Assembly: GCA_037379345.1 (NCBI GenBank)
Contig: CM074520.1
Location: forward strand, 35,622,664 to 35,686,663
DNA length: 64,000 nt
Origin: Perna viridis
Lineage: Eukaryota
Direction of reading: 5' to 3'
Notes under the pieces: generated by a model
What the model saw: only the letters and a program-made list of their open reading frames with translations
Told to the model about the DNA's origin: nothing
The model's database searches: none
Program-made: the position numbers and the translations under genes
In this document: piece after piece, positions 1 to 13,800 of the stretch
Layout of the letters: each line of letters begins with the position of its first letter
Numbering within the stretch: position 1 is the first letter of the stretch

Positions 1-1333
1 AAATGTGAAACCAGTTGTAAGTTATGACCTCATAATAAAACATAGTACACATTGTTTTTTGTACTGTAATGTCATATATGACGACTAATTTTACACTTAT
101 GATCTTTTTGTGAAATTGTCAACTTTTTGCTACTATGTTCAATAATTGATTGCTACTTAAAATTATCAAGTTTTTCATTTACGAGATAAATTTAACTTCT
201 CCAGTTCATTAAAAAATTTCAAAAGAAAGCAAGCTTTTGCTTGTGAACATCAGTTTTGAAAGTAACTTTTAAGCATTCCAAAAACTTAGTGAAAGAATTA
301 ACGAAGATTTTAAATAAATCACTTTTTCTATGTGTGAGCAAAATTACATTGGGCAGCACTATACAATAAAATAAGAATAACATATATGAGCATAAATTCT
401 GTCACATGAAAAATCATCACCAGACAAGTGTTTAGTAAGTGACAAAGTTAATATGTACATGTATTGATGAGAAATGAAAACATTTTTACATTTAAAGCAA
501 AAATATGTCTCTCATCACATTTAAAAAGCAATAAATTGTAGAAGGAGGGAATAAAAACAGTATTCATATCACAGCTTTCACAATACTTAATCCACTAACA
601 ATAATAAAACTTTTAACATTAATGATGTTTATATTAAAAGCACCTTAGTACAGCTAACAGCTTGTAAGCATATGTAATAATATTGTAATTTGAATACAGA
701 CTATCAATAAAAAGTGAAGATACAATTCTTTGAATAATAATGTATTATATAAAAACTTTTCTAAACCAAATCCAAAAAAAATGAAAACCAGTCTAAACCA
801 GACACCTTTAAAAGTCTCTATCAGTTTAAATGTATTTTGAACCTTAGTAAATCAAACACCAGTCTAAACCAAACAACTGTCTAAACGGAACAAATTTTAC
901 AAAAGAGTTCAGTTTAGACAGGTTTTATTAAATCAAAGGCTGAAACATAAGTACCTCCTTTAAGAGAGAGTGAAAATATTCGATTAAAAAATACTTTAAC
1001 AATTTTGAACAAATCATATTTAGATAGAACAAAGTGAAAAGATAGAGAAGTAGGCTAAAACACATTTAAGTTTTTCTTTCAATTGTTTACATATTGCAAA
1101 AATAATTTGTAAAGTGCAGAAATAAGCAAATCAGAAATTTCACCTACAAATGAACTTTTGACTTCATCTGTATAAAGGCCAAATCACTTCCACCCAAAAA
1201 AAAAAGGAATCAAATACGCCATAGAAACCTACATAACATTACTACATAATATTAATTTGTGCAACACCTAGGCACCACATAATGTCAGAAAATGCAATGT
1301 CACATGTATAAAAAGTTCTACCATTGTTCTACA

Positions 1334-1466
1334 TTAGTATTCTTCCTTGTTGGTTGTAGCTTCATCATCTTGGTCAACATCCTGGCACTTTCCAAAATAC
1401 TGGACAGCGTTGTCATAGTAATCTGAACTTAACCAGAAACACTGTAAGACATCATCTACATCTTTT
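1334..1466 (-). CDS. VWA3B: VWA3B terminal coding exon (KDVDDVLQCFWLSSDYYDNAVQYF...KEEY*)
   Basis: tacag acceptor, TAA at 1334-1336, followed by U-rich 3'UTR-like sequence. Confidence 0.87.
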
Positions 1467-4400
1467 CTGTAAAAGAGAAACACACTTCACAATACTAGGT
1501 GAAAAACTTATCAATTATATTAACATTATTTCTCTCACTTGCTCATGTGACATGTTGCTGTGTAAAAAAATGGGAGCAAGTGGGAAACCTAATAGATTGA
1601 AAACTTAAGTATGTGTCTTTTGAGTATAAAAGAAAGCTTAGCCTCAAAATTCCATGATGAAAAACCAACAAATCAAAGTAGAATAGGAGTCACTATGAAG
1701 AAACTTTACTTACACTTATGAACAATATTATTCATACACACTTGTAAAAATTACAACATTTTTTTTTCACTTACATAGACTTATCACAAAATTTGATATT
1801 TATTTTCTCCCCAACTATTCCTGCTATCCATCCAGGCAGATACATGTGTTGTTGTTCATCTAACATAGCAAGAACATAGTCCCCTACAGCAAGTCTGTGA
1901 TGCTTGGTGTAAACCCCAAATATATGTATAGAATTCTGCATGGTCTGATTACCATCACACCATTCTAACAGGTAGGTTCTTCCATTGCCTATTCTCTCCT
2001 TTACAGAGGCTGAAAAAATGTTCAAGAATTGTTAAAACATGAAAGTACTATGGAAAATATTTGTTTTTATGCTCTGTCACACATAATTCACATTGAATTT
2101 AATTGCATTGAAAACATTGATAGTATTTTGAATTCACATCTATGCACACTTGAATTACCTTTGCATTCACATGCATTAAAACAATAAATTACCATTGGAT
2201 TGCATGAATAAATTGTGCACTTATTTTGCTTTCTACAAAATTGTCTGTTCATATGGCATTTGAATTTGAATTGAATGCAATTATTGAATCCACATTATCA
2301 AAAAATGTATCCAGAAGCAAATTCAATAATGTGCATTATTTCAATTCCATTAATTAGCATTGGAAGTTTGCTTTAAATGCTAACCTATAACTAGATTAGA
2401 ATTCATATTGAATGTGAATTGAATTTGCATTATCTGATCATGTGAACCTGCCATTAAAATTATTAAGGGAAATCAATGGAAGCAGAATTTGAATGATAAT
2501 CAAACAAATAAAATCCAAGAATAATGATCAGACATGTAACAGGAAAACTGACAAACACAACAAAGAACATGAAATAACCAAAAGAACACAATGAAACAAA
2601 AGTAAATTAGCGACTTGGACTCCACAAAAAAAAAAAAAAAAAAAAAACGGGGAGCATTGACCAGGTGCACCAGTAGGGTGAGCATCCTTTGCTTTTCTAT
2701 GGCCGAAAAAAAAAAGAGTAAAATCACCCCTCATAAATTGTATAGGGTCAGCAGGTAGGGAATTTTTTTTAAATTTTAATTTTTTTAAATTTTGAAATGA
2801 AATAAATATGATCCCAAACTCAGAATACAAAAAAAAAATCAAATCTGCAAAGATTAAATATGTAACAGACTTAGTCTATAACCAAGAGCACACTACATGT
2901 GTGTTTGCAATCAATTCTAAATATAAACAACCAGTATTTCTTACTCTGTTTTTCCAACTAGGATAGAAAAAAAATCTTTGACTTTATTTTCTTCTTTTTT
3001 TTTTCCCCCCAAAAAAAACAGTCGGCAGGTTTTTCATTATTTTTTTTCTTCAAAATCACAAATAAAAACTTTTGGGTAGGGGGGTTTGAAGGAGGGTTGA
3101 TAGGGTGACCCAGGAAACATAACAATTATTTTTTGGGTCTAAAAACACCTGCTGAGTTGCTCGTAACTGTTCATTAACTAAAGAGAAGGAATGGGAACTG
3201 ATTAAATGCCTGTACTTTCAGCAACTTGAGAGCTTAGTAATTTTGCATAAATAGGATGTTTTAAAGTACATCAGTCCTTGTATTAAAAAAATGTCAGAGG
3301 GTTAAAATCTGCCACAATTTACCATGTCACTACAGAAAAATATTATGATGTCATGACTTACATCCAACATTACATTTACAACTTCCTTTGTGAATATGTT
3401 GACATTCAAATGTATTATTACCAGTAATTTCCATGGCCGACATAATGTCATACTGACCAAATCACAGTTGAAATGAACAGCACCTGTTTTGAAGTACTTA
3501 ACAGAAAGTGAAAATACAACCAGTATAAACACATCTTATCTTATTTGATTTGTTGTGAGAAGGGTTATGATATCAGTTGCCTCCACTTTGTTTAACTAAA
3601 ACTCATCATACTATAAATTATAATCTTTACCAAACTAGTAAACAAAAGTGATGGTACATCACCACTTTAACAAATGCCATGTACATAGGATTCTTTTCTA
3701 TTCCAAAATGTTAATACCCAGTGTCATTAAAACATCATAAGGGGGTTAATATTTCATATGATATATTGACCCTGGGGTAAAGATATCATGTAACATTTAA
3801 ACACTGGGGTCAATAATTCGTGGGGGGGGGAGGTCAAAATATCATATGACACCAGTAAGTATAATGTGGGAAAACTTGCCATTACAACTGAAAGGGAAGT
3901 TAAGGTATTAATTTTTTTCTAATGTTAAATGAAATGAAACCACATCAAACAGCACGAAATATCATAAGAGAAGTGTAACATGAAAACTGGTATGATATAT
4001 TACCTAGATGATAAGTTCCATATCTGTCATCCCTGGCTACAACAGCTTGTCCTACCCATCTTGTCTCACATTCAATTATATAATTAACATCATGTTCAAA
4101 CTTCTCTGTTGTCAATTTGAAAGCTTCATCTCTGGGAATTTTGGCCTCATCTCCATCATAAAACCTCACTTTCATCCACATGTTGTGGTAGACTTCTAAA
4201 ACTATGGCTGGGGCATAACTAAATGCATAGTTCGGATGCAAGGCAACTATGGGATCTTTTGGCTAGAAAATGTGAAAATGTTAATTTAAAATCATCTGGA
4301 CACAGTGTCACAGGGTCAGTTGAATTCAACTGTTAAAAAACAGTGGTGTTAACTAACATTGCTGTTATCCTTATAACCTGGGACTGTTTAACAATTTTAT

Positions 4401-4814
4401 TACGCATAAGTCAATATGAAAATAAGTGATGGAAAATGATAATTTAGTTCACATATTAACTATGAAATTGGTCACATGTACTAGGGTTATCCAATAAATA
4501 TTTGCTATCTATATAATATAGGCCATGATCAGTTATTTGTAGTCCCAATAATAAACAAGCATTGCCTAGAACTGTTAAGGTAACGAGATGTTGCAATAAT
4601 ACATTGTGCTAAGAATACCCCTAACTATTTTTGTCAAATTAAGTAGTATGGTTGTTAAAATGGTTGAAAACTGTTAAGATAATTTCCACTATGCTATACC
4701 AACAAAAATTACTACTGATTTGTTTTACAGGCAGTAGATACTAGTAAGCGAGGAACCTGGAAAAGGGAAACATGGTCAAAGTAAAATATCTGTTACAGAA
4801 AAAGTTAATGAAGG

Positions 4815-4850
<36 letters not shown>

Positions 4851-7800
4851 AGGTGATTGGAATATAGCTCCCATTAATGAGTAGGGGTATAGTTCACCTG
4901 TTTTACAATTAATACCTGTAAGATTTGGTTAGCATCATCATAATCTGTGATGATGTCTTCTCTCCAGATTTTCTCAAACTGATGGGTAGCATCCTCCACA
5001 ATGTAACTATAGTCTTTACAATCCTCCTTTACTATACCTGGAAATCAATTTAATGAAACAATCAGATATAACGAGACCCAAATTTACACATCAATGATGC
5101 AATATATCCAGGCAAATATACGCTCTATATTGCAATAATTTAATTTGAATTGTAATAAGCCTTCTGATTTGTTGGATATCTTTGGAAAACACAGATTATT
5201 TTGCATAAAGAACTTTGGTACAACTTTTGACCTCATAAATGTCAAATAATCAACAATTCAAATAATCCCAAAGTAAATAAGATTTTAATTAAAAATCAAA
5301 TCATTTATTTGGACTGGAATCAGTAATTCAGTAATAAATCTTGCTTATAATTATGACTAAGTTATGGTTGCATAACCAACTTTGGGACAATCTATGTTTA
5401 TACACTGCAGTACATGAAGTGTAAACTTCCCCATAGTTGGGTTATATAGCATGACTTTGTCAAAAATTAAATGCAATCCTAAGGTGTCTCATTTGTCAAA
5501 CAAATCTGATCTACCATATAAATTCTAAATCATATCTAATAGAGATTCCACAAATTCAGAGCACAACATGTTTCTCCTTCAGGAACACCTGATGTCACTC
5601 CCCCTTTTTTGTTGGGGTTCATATTGCTATTGCTTAATTTTTGTGTGATATCTTGTTTCCCTTATCTTCAGTTTTATGTGTAATTTATTATATAGATAGC
5701 AGTGTATTCACACTGTGAAATAAATTCGGTAATTTCACTCTCAGACTTTCTCCCACCAAAAACGTCACAACATTGATATCAATAAGCCAATCACAAAATT
5801 TTAACTTCATGTTGAAAATATCGATAAATTATGAAGAAAATCTATACAATTAATAGGGTAATCCATTGGTTATTGTGAGTAATCAAAACATGATCACTTG
5901 TGCCAAGAATGCTTGAGGATTTAACTAGAGCGTGGAACAAGTTCCGCATACTTATTAAATCTAGGCGTTCTTTGGCACACATGATAATATTTTGTTTATT
6001 CACTCTTTCCAATTATTTATCCTATTATAGTTTGCTACATTGTGTATCTACATTGTCTATATTTCATGTTTTCATATTGGCCATGCTTTTTAATTTTAAC
6101 ATATTTGAATAATCCCACTGCTGATGCTTCTGTATTTTATTGCTGATATTCCCACATTGTTAACAGAGACTTTTATCAAGTTTATCATTTTACAAATGGT
6201 TTCAGAAGACCAGGATTCACATTATGTCCCCTACCTCTAAAATACCAGCCTTCATCAGACCATCTAGCTAGAACCTCTTCACCTACTCTCAATCTTGGCA
6301 GTGATTTCCTTAGCAGTAGTAATCCTGGAATGTTCTCATCTCCTAAAATCACAAATAGAACTTTGAAGTCATAAGAAAAACTAAAAGCAGAACCATGGCA
6401 TAAACTATTTGATAGAATACACTCAAGAATATACTATTTTAACTAAAAACTCACCCAAAGATTTCTGATTTTTGACAAGGCACTGTGGAGTTAAGGAAGC
6501 AGAATTGATGATATTAAAGGTTTAAGATTACATGTATACTGAATGCATTCCTAAATGTTGAACTGTTCATGTAATTAGATGCTATGCTTATTCACTGAAT
6601 AAGAAATAATGCCAAACAGAGTCACAAGAACATCAGTATAGTAACTCAAGATCTCAAATGAAAATTGGTATAGAATCTTTGAAGTGAAACTTGAACATAC
6701 CCTTTCTACCATCTCTACTGTCTAAGTCTGAATCAGAATCTGAACTCTCCACAGCTATTACTGTTCCATACATTGAATCAGTTCTCACAGCTTCATGTCT
6801 CCTCTTCTTTAACTTCTTCTTCATCTTTTTCATCTTTTTACGTTGTTTCTTTAATTCCTGAGAGAAATAGATATTTTTGTAAATTCTGATAATTAGTATG
6901 ATTGAAATGCACTTCTTTGCAATTATACTTATATTCCAAAATCAGTAAATATTTTCAATTATGGGTTTTAAATATTGTAATACATGTGAACGATAAAATT
7001 TATAAATACATGTACAAAAGACAAAATAACCAGACACATCTTTATAGAATAAACTTTCAGATATAAAGGGAAAGATGTTTACAAAATGCTGGAATTTTTA
7101 TTCGACAACATATTTGTCCAGTGTGGTGAACGTGTTTTTCAACAAACGGTCGGCATTCCAATGGGAACAAATTGTGCTCCTTTACTTGCTGACCTATTCC
7201 TTCACTCTTATGAGGCTGACTTTATAGCTGATCCGATCAGAAAGAAAGAATAATGTTTGGCTAGATCCTTCAATCTCAGTTTCCGCTATATATAAGACGT
7301 ATTATCTTTAAACAATCCTAATTTTGAGGATTTGATACATCGCATCTACCCAAAAGAACTTGAGATGAAGGATACTACAGACACTGTGAAGTCAGCCTCA
7401 TATCTTGACCTACACTTAGAAATCGATGGTAAAGGAAAACTATTGACCAAACGTGATGACTTTTCATTCAGAATTGTCAACTTTCCTTTCATCTGTGGCA
7501 ACATCCCTTCAGCTCCTGCGTATGGAGTGTTCATATCACAACTCATATGTTATGCCAGAGCTTGCCGAAACTATGCAGACTTTTTGTATCCCGCTTGAAC
7601 TCCAACAAATAGGCTTCTGGAACAGGGTAATGTTGCTACAAGATTGAAGTCATCACTACAGAAGTTTTATGGTCGTCATCATGAACTCGTGGATTGTTAT
7701 GGTGTATCCATCAGCACCATGAAAACTGATTTATTCAACGGGTCATAGTTTTCCTTTCCTCATTTGTCTACCCCGGACTTGATTTTTTATGAGCAACTCG

Positions 7801-10800
7801 GCGGGTGTTTCTAGAAAAGCAGAGGACGCTTACCCTACCGGTGCACCTGGTCCATGCTTCCAGTTTTTAGTGGAGTCTGAGTCGCTCATTTACTTTTGTT
7901 ACTTTGTATGTATGATTTTAGTTACTTTATGTTCTTTGTTGTGTTTGTCTGTTTTCCATGTCTGGTCTTTGTCCTTGGATTACATTCTTTTGATTACGGC
8001 TATAACCTTGGTTCCTTTGATTACTCTTTTGCTGTTTTCTTCGTATTAAAGTTAATTCATTACCAATGCACATGTTTTGTTGAAAAAAAAAAGAAAAGAA
8101 AAAAAGATGCAAAAGATGTAGTTAATACAACTTTTGCCTTAATAACTAAATGATTTTAAAAAAATCACCTCGTTTTAATAGGCAATCTAATTAAAATTAG
8201 ACCTATCAATTGTTCCATTCAATCACTTTGTGTAAGATCTAACAACACTCCATTCTACTTTCTGTTCAGATTTCAGAATCCTCAGGTTTTTCCCTTTGAA
8301 TAATGTTTTCAAAATCATGAAAGATGAATTCTAATTAGTTGATCAAAAAGGTCATCAGGACAGAAAGTAGAATAGAGTGTTGTTAGAAACTACATCCAGT
8401 TACTGAATGGAACAATTGATAGGTCTAATTTTAACAAGATTGTTTAAGTCAAGTTGTAACTGAGGTACAATTCTCCTTACCATTTGTTGTCTTTGTTGCT
8501 CTTCTTGTTGCAAAATCAACTGTTCCCTTAATATTTTAAGTTTCTCTTTCCTTTTCTTTTCTTTTTTATGTTTTCTTCTCTTTTCCTGTGCTTCATGTTC
8601 TCCTAGAACTGGAGATTCAGGTCTCTCTACTGGCTCATGAACTTTTGATGATGACTTTGGTCTAAGATGAAAGGATTCAGATTCTGATGCTGAGCTTGAA
8701 CTTGAATATGACCTTGACCTTGCCTTCTTTTCAGACTTTAATTTCTTTTCAACTTCTTGTGAAGGTGATCGTGATCTTGATGATGCTGACCTTGATCTTG
8801 ATCTTGACCTAGATCTTGACTGAGACATAGATCTTGACCTTGATCGAGATTTCGACCTTGATCTTGACCTGGATCTTGACCGAGAATATGATCTAGATCT
8901 TGAGCCAGACCTAGATTTTGACCTTGACCTAGACCTGGACTGGTCTGGTGAAACTGATCTTGATGAGGCTGATGGAGACCTGTTTTTCTTTTTTGATGAC
9001 TTTTTAACTTTTCTCAATTCTTTCCTAAAAAATTACAAAACAAACAATGAATTTTTAAAACCAACAAAAGTAAAACAAACAACAAATAAACCATTTTAAC
9101 TTCTTAAACTAAATATACTGTAGTCTAATATAGGCACATACATGTATGTTAGACTTATTTTGCTTTTGTAAAATATATCGGTAACCATATTTATTCAAAT
9201 TTTCTGTCAGACCATATAAGGTTGTAACAGAAACCAGGTTGTATCAGCAGATATTTTCATACCTGATTCTTTTCTCTTTATCAGAAGGTCTTGGAGTCCT
9301 TGGAGTTCTTGGTGTTATATAGACTTTGTCTTCATACCTACAATTGATGTAGTATTAGAAAACCCTTAACCTAAAACAATTATTATGGTGAACCTGACAT
9401 TTACATTTAATTGAGTATGTGCTTATGACATCATATACTGCTGAAAAAGTGGCTAATTTCAACAGGTGAAGAAAAGCAAGAATCTTTTCCCCAATATATC
9501 CATAGAATAAGGTTCACATCTTAATTAATACATATATAACCATTGTACAGAGTTTGAATAATTTTGGTTTAACACTTCCTTAGAGTTACAGATTTTACAA
9601 ATTAAGTGCCCTCTATTAAAACATAACAAACAGACAAACAGCTAGATGGTAGACAGAGTCCATCAGCTATGAGACCAGCTCCCATTGTTAGTGATAGAAA
9701 TAACAAAAGGCTCCCAGAAGCCTGAAGCTCTCACCTGGTTAAAGTTTGTAAGACCATCCATATCATGACAAGAACAATATTTTCTATAGAACAGTAATCT
9801 ATATTCATCTTGGTATAATAACAGCCCATGATAGTAATATAAGTACCGGCAGGTTTCCTGAAACTATGTATTTACCCTCATATTATTACCTCCTTAAACA
9901 TACATGTACATGTATGTTTAAGGAGGTTAAAATAAGAAGATAAATACATAGTTTTAGAAAACCTCTCCATAGTTTTCAGGCTAATTTCAGTGTGTTCATG
10001 TGATGCGAGTGTGTGCATCATGTACTGTGCATTGTGTATCGTCACTTTTTACCAGTCAGCTTTTAAGGATTATTTAATTTCTTTCAGATTGTTTCAATTA
10101 ATTAATGATATAAACTGTCTACACTTTCAAATAAGAATTGTAAAAACATAAATAAATTTATCACTTAATTTCAGTGTTCCAGTTTCATAGCAAAAAGAAG
10201 CATGTTCTTATCATGTAACATATGTACTTCTTTCTTGCATTGTGTGATTTATATGTATGAAATTGAACCATATTAGAAATTTCAGGAAATGTACATGGCT
10301 TATCAAACCAGAACATAGCCATGAAAACAATATAATAAGGAAGAATTTTTTCCCTATCATATGGAGAAATTTGGGTCAGGGAAAGTTAGGTACTTAGTTA
10401 CACTTTCCTGAGGCAAGTTGAAAACTTCATATGCTGTAAGGATTTGTTTTGTTAGGAAAGCAGTCATTGACTGTGGGAAAGTTGATTTTTTATGAATTTT
10501 TCCCAAGGAAACCTCAATTTCTGAAAAATCCTAGAACACTGCTATGTTTACAATCAGTTATAAAAGAATCATAAAGGAAACTTACTGTTTACAATCAACA
10601 TTCTGTATATCAGCTATATATCTGATGGCAAACTCAAACCGAGACTTAGATATCTTCATCAAAAGGTTTCGGGAAATTGTTGCCTATGGTAAAAAAAAAA
10701 CACAATGGTTGTGATGATAACTCCTATTTGAAATTGGCTATCATGTTAGCAAGTAATCTCTTTTCTTTACAGGTTAACTATTAAGTGTCAGTCTGTGTGA

Positions 10801-13800
10801 AAATTAGGTAGTGGGTAAAACATGGCATGATTTAACCAACCATTTTTTGTACTGTTATGGTATTTGGTTATTTGTACCATCAGACACAAGGAATGAAGAC
10901 AAGATTTCCCATATCATTTTTGTAAATTATGATTACAATGAAATTCACAGCACTGGAATGAACAATTCAGGGGCAAATAACATTTGTAAAATCTTTTCTT
11001 CTACCCATGCTCCCAGTTTTTAGTGGAGTCTGAGTCATTCATTTGCTTTTGTTACTTTGTATTATGATTTTAGTTGCTTTATGTTCTTTGTTGTATGTGT
11101 CTGTTTTCCATGTCTGGTCTTTGTCCCTGGATTACATTCTTTTGATAACCGCTATAACCTTGGTTCCCTTGATTACTCATTCTAATAAAATGTTCCAGTG
11201 TCCCGATTGATGCAGAGATCAAATAGTTGTCATATCAAATAAAGATGAATTCCTTGAGTGAAATTTTACTGTCAAGTTGACATGCATGTTTCTGAATTTT
11301 CTCATTTTGCCAGATTCTTCTAAAGCAATAATTCTAACTTGTATGCCCCTAACAGTGTTCTTACAGCGGTCCATTTCACCAACAGTATGGGATTTCCTAG
11401 ATGAAATGTTTGGTTAGTTTATAAAGTACACTTGAATAGGAAGATTGTTACAGTACTTTAACCAGTCCATGCAAATATCATCAATTAGTTACATATTAGT
11501 CATTGATCCGTTAATAAATGAGTGGATCCGTTCAGGGACAAGACATCACATGGTTTAATATACCTGCTGTCCATTAAACATCAGGACTGTGTAGAACTTA
11601 TTGGAAGTTTCCTCCCTGACTGGAGCTACTTGTACAATCCCTGGCACAAAGCAATCAGATTTAGCATTGGAATATTGAACTCTAACAAGAACATAGTCTC
11701 CTGCCTGTGACAAAAAAATGGACGATGATGTTCATTTAATATACACCTAAGTACTACTCAACTGCTTCATCATGTTGAATATTAATAAGATAATTAATTG
11801 GAAAGAGTGAATAACCAAAATCTGATCATGAGTGCCAAAGAACACCTAGATTTACTGTGAGAGTATTACTGTTCGTTGGGTACCAATATTCATGGATTTC
11901 GTGGGTTTGGTAAACCACGAAATTTGGTTCCCAACAAAAAGGAAATTTTCCATTTGTTTGTATGATGGAGTTGTCGAATCAACGAATTCAAGAATCCACG
12001 AACTGATCATTTTCCCCTAAACCATGAAAATTGGTACCCAAGAATAAAAGTACTTTCACAGAAATGAGCCTGCGGAATTCGTTCCGTGCACGAGTTAAAT
12101 TTTTATGTGTTCTTGGCACGAGTAATCATATTTTGGTTATTCACGATAACCAACTGATTATCCTATTTATTATATAGATTTCATCCATTATTCATTGCTA
12201 TTTTCAATATGAATTTTATATTTTGTGAACAGCGTATTGATATTCGTGTTGTGAAGTTTTGGCGGGAGAAAGTGGGACAGTGGAATTATCGAATTTATTT
12301 CACAGTGTGAATTATCGATTTTTTTTTACACTAGAAATATTGGATAAATCACTGCTATCTATATAATAAACAAGTATAAACTTGATGTGAATTTCTTTCT
12401 GTATTTATCATAATTTATCAAAATCATTTCAAGTTTTCATTTTATAGTAACCTTCTTATTGGACATATCTTAACAATTACAAATTTTCAGCAATATCTTT
12501 AATTAACAAAATATTGACAAACAACATTGAAAAACTGACCAATTGATGACTTAAATATTGACCAAAATGATCAAATCTTGCATCTATTATTACATTACCA
12601 AATTATCAGTGCAGCCAATAGGAGAAAATATGATAAAAAAAGTGAAAGTTGTACTATTGAATTTCAACCGTGTTTTCACACTCCTCTACTCATAATACAA
12701 AAATTCAATAATTAATGAAAAAGAAAAAAAAAATTTCTTCGACTTCAGTAAAGGACAAGGTATAGCCCGAAAATATTTGATCACATGCTAAAATTGGCCT
12801 ATCCTAAGTAACGGCCAGGGTATATCCTATCATCATTAAATCACATTCAAATTAGCCTACCCTAAGTAAAGGCCAGGGTATGGCCCCGCCAACAGCTATA
12901 ACCAGTCTGGTTGGTATGGTTCTTTCCTCTTTGTCCTCAAACTGTATAACAGCATGTCTGGGGTCTGGACATCTTTGGACAGTTCCTGATTAAACATTTA
13001 TATATACATGCATTATCAATGCTTCAATAACCAGTACCTTGTTCACCCAAAAAGGGTATATAATTTCACAAGACTATTGTAATCTGAATTGAGTGAATAA
13101 AATTTATGGCAAAGTTCACATGAAATTCATGTGAATTTTCACATGAAGTTAGGGTTGAGTGAGTTTCAAGAAAATATCACATGAATTTTATGTTTTCAAG
13201 TGAAGCTAGATTTGATTAAATTTCATGTAAAAAATATTTGCCTGTGTAAAAAATGAACTGTTAATGTAATGTCTATGAAATTATCACCATGCAAAGTTCT
13301 GCCTTTGAAAGTGAACTCCAAATAAAGGGGAAATATACAAAAGAAATTTTCTAAATAATGCTTGGAAAAACCAGTGCTTTAAGATAAATTGATTTTTGTA
13401 TTCATTAACAACAAACATGCAACTAAGACACTAATACCCTGAGATTAAGGCGATTGATATCAAGTTACAAATAGAAACTATTTTCTGATAAAGCATTACT
13501 TTTGTAAATCAATATCAAATGTTGTACAAAATTTTAATTCTAAATCACAAACATAAGAGCCATGCACTAATATTCAAACTAGAAAAACTGTGAGAAAAGC
13601 AAGCTCACAAAGAATATCCTGCCCTTCTCACTTCAATACTGAGAATGTACTTTAATTAAAGGATACCAATTTTCATGGATCAGGGAAGAAAGTTTGTGGA
13701 TTCTTGAATTTGTGATTTTGAAGTTTTCAGTATACACATCCATGGAAATATACTTTTTGTTGGGAACCAAATTTTGTGGTTTGACCTTCCCATGGAAACC

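Noticed and set aside
7590-7600. In-frame TGA in the Penelope-like RT as selenocysteine (described for some clam Naiads)
   Set aside because: The sister copy at ~44520 has AGA at this codon, and this copy also has TAA stops, including one in the YIDD motif. It is simple decay.
7789-8153. Hydrophobic small ORFs (also 2500-2842, 14485-14673, 44724-44945)
   Set aside because: These are translations of the T-rich non-coding retroelement tail, with frames inconsistent between copies.
8400-9017. Stand-alone SR splicing factor gene
   Set aside because: No RRM and no ATG start. It has AG/GT boundaries in phase with the flanking VWA3B exons.
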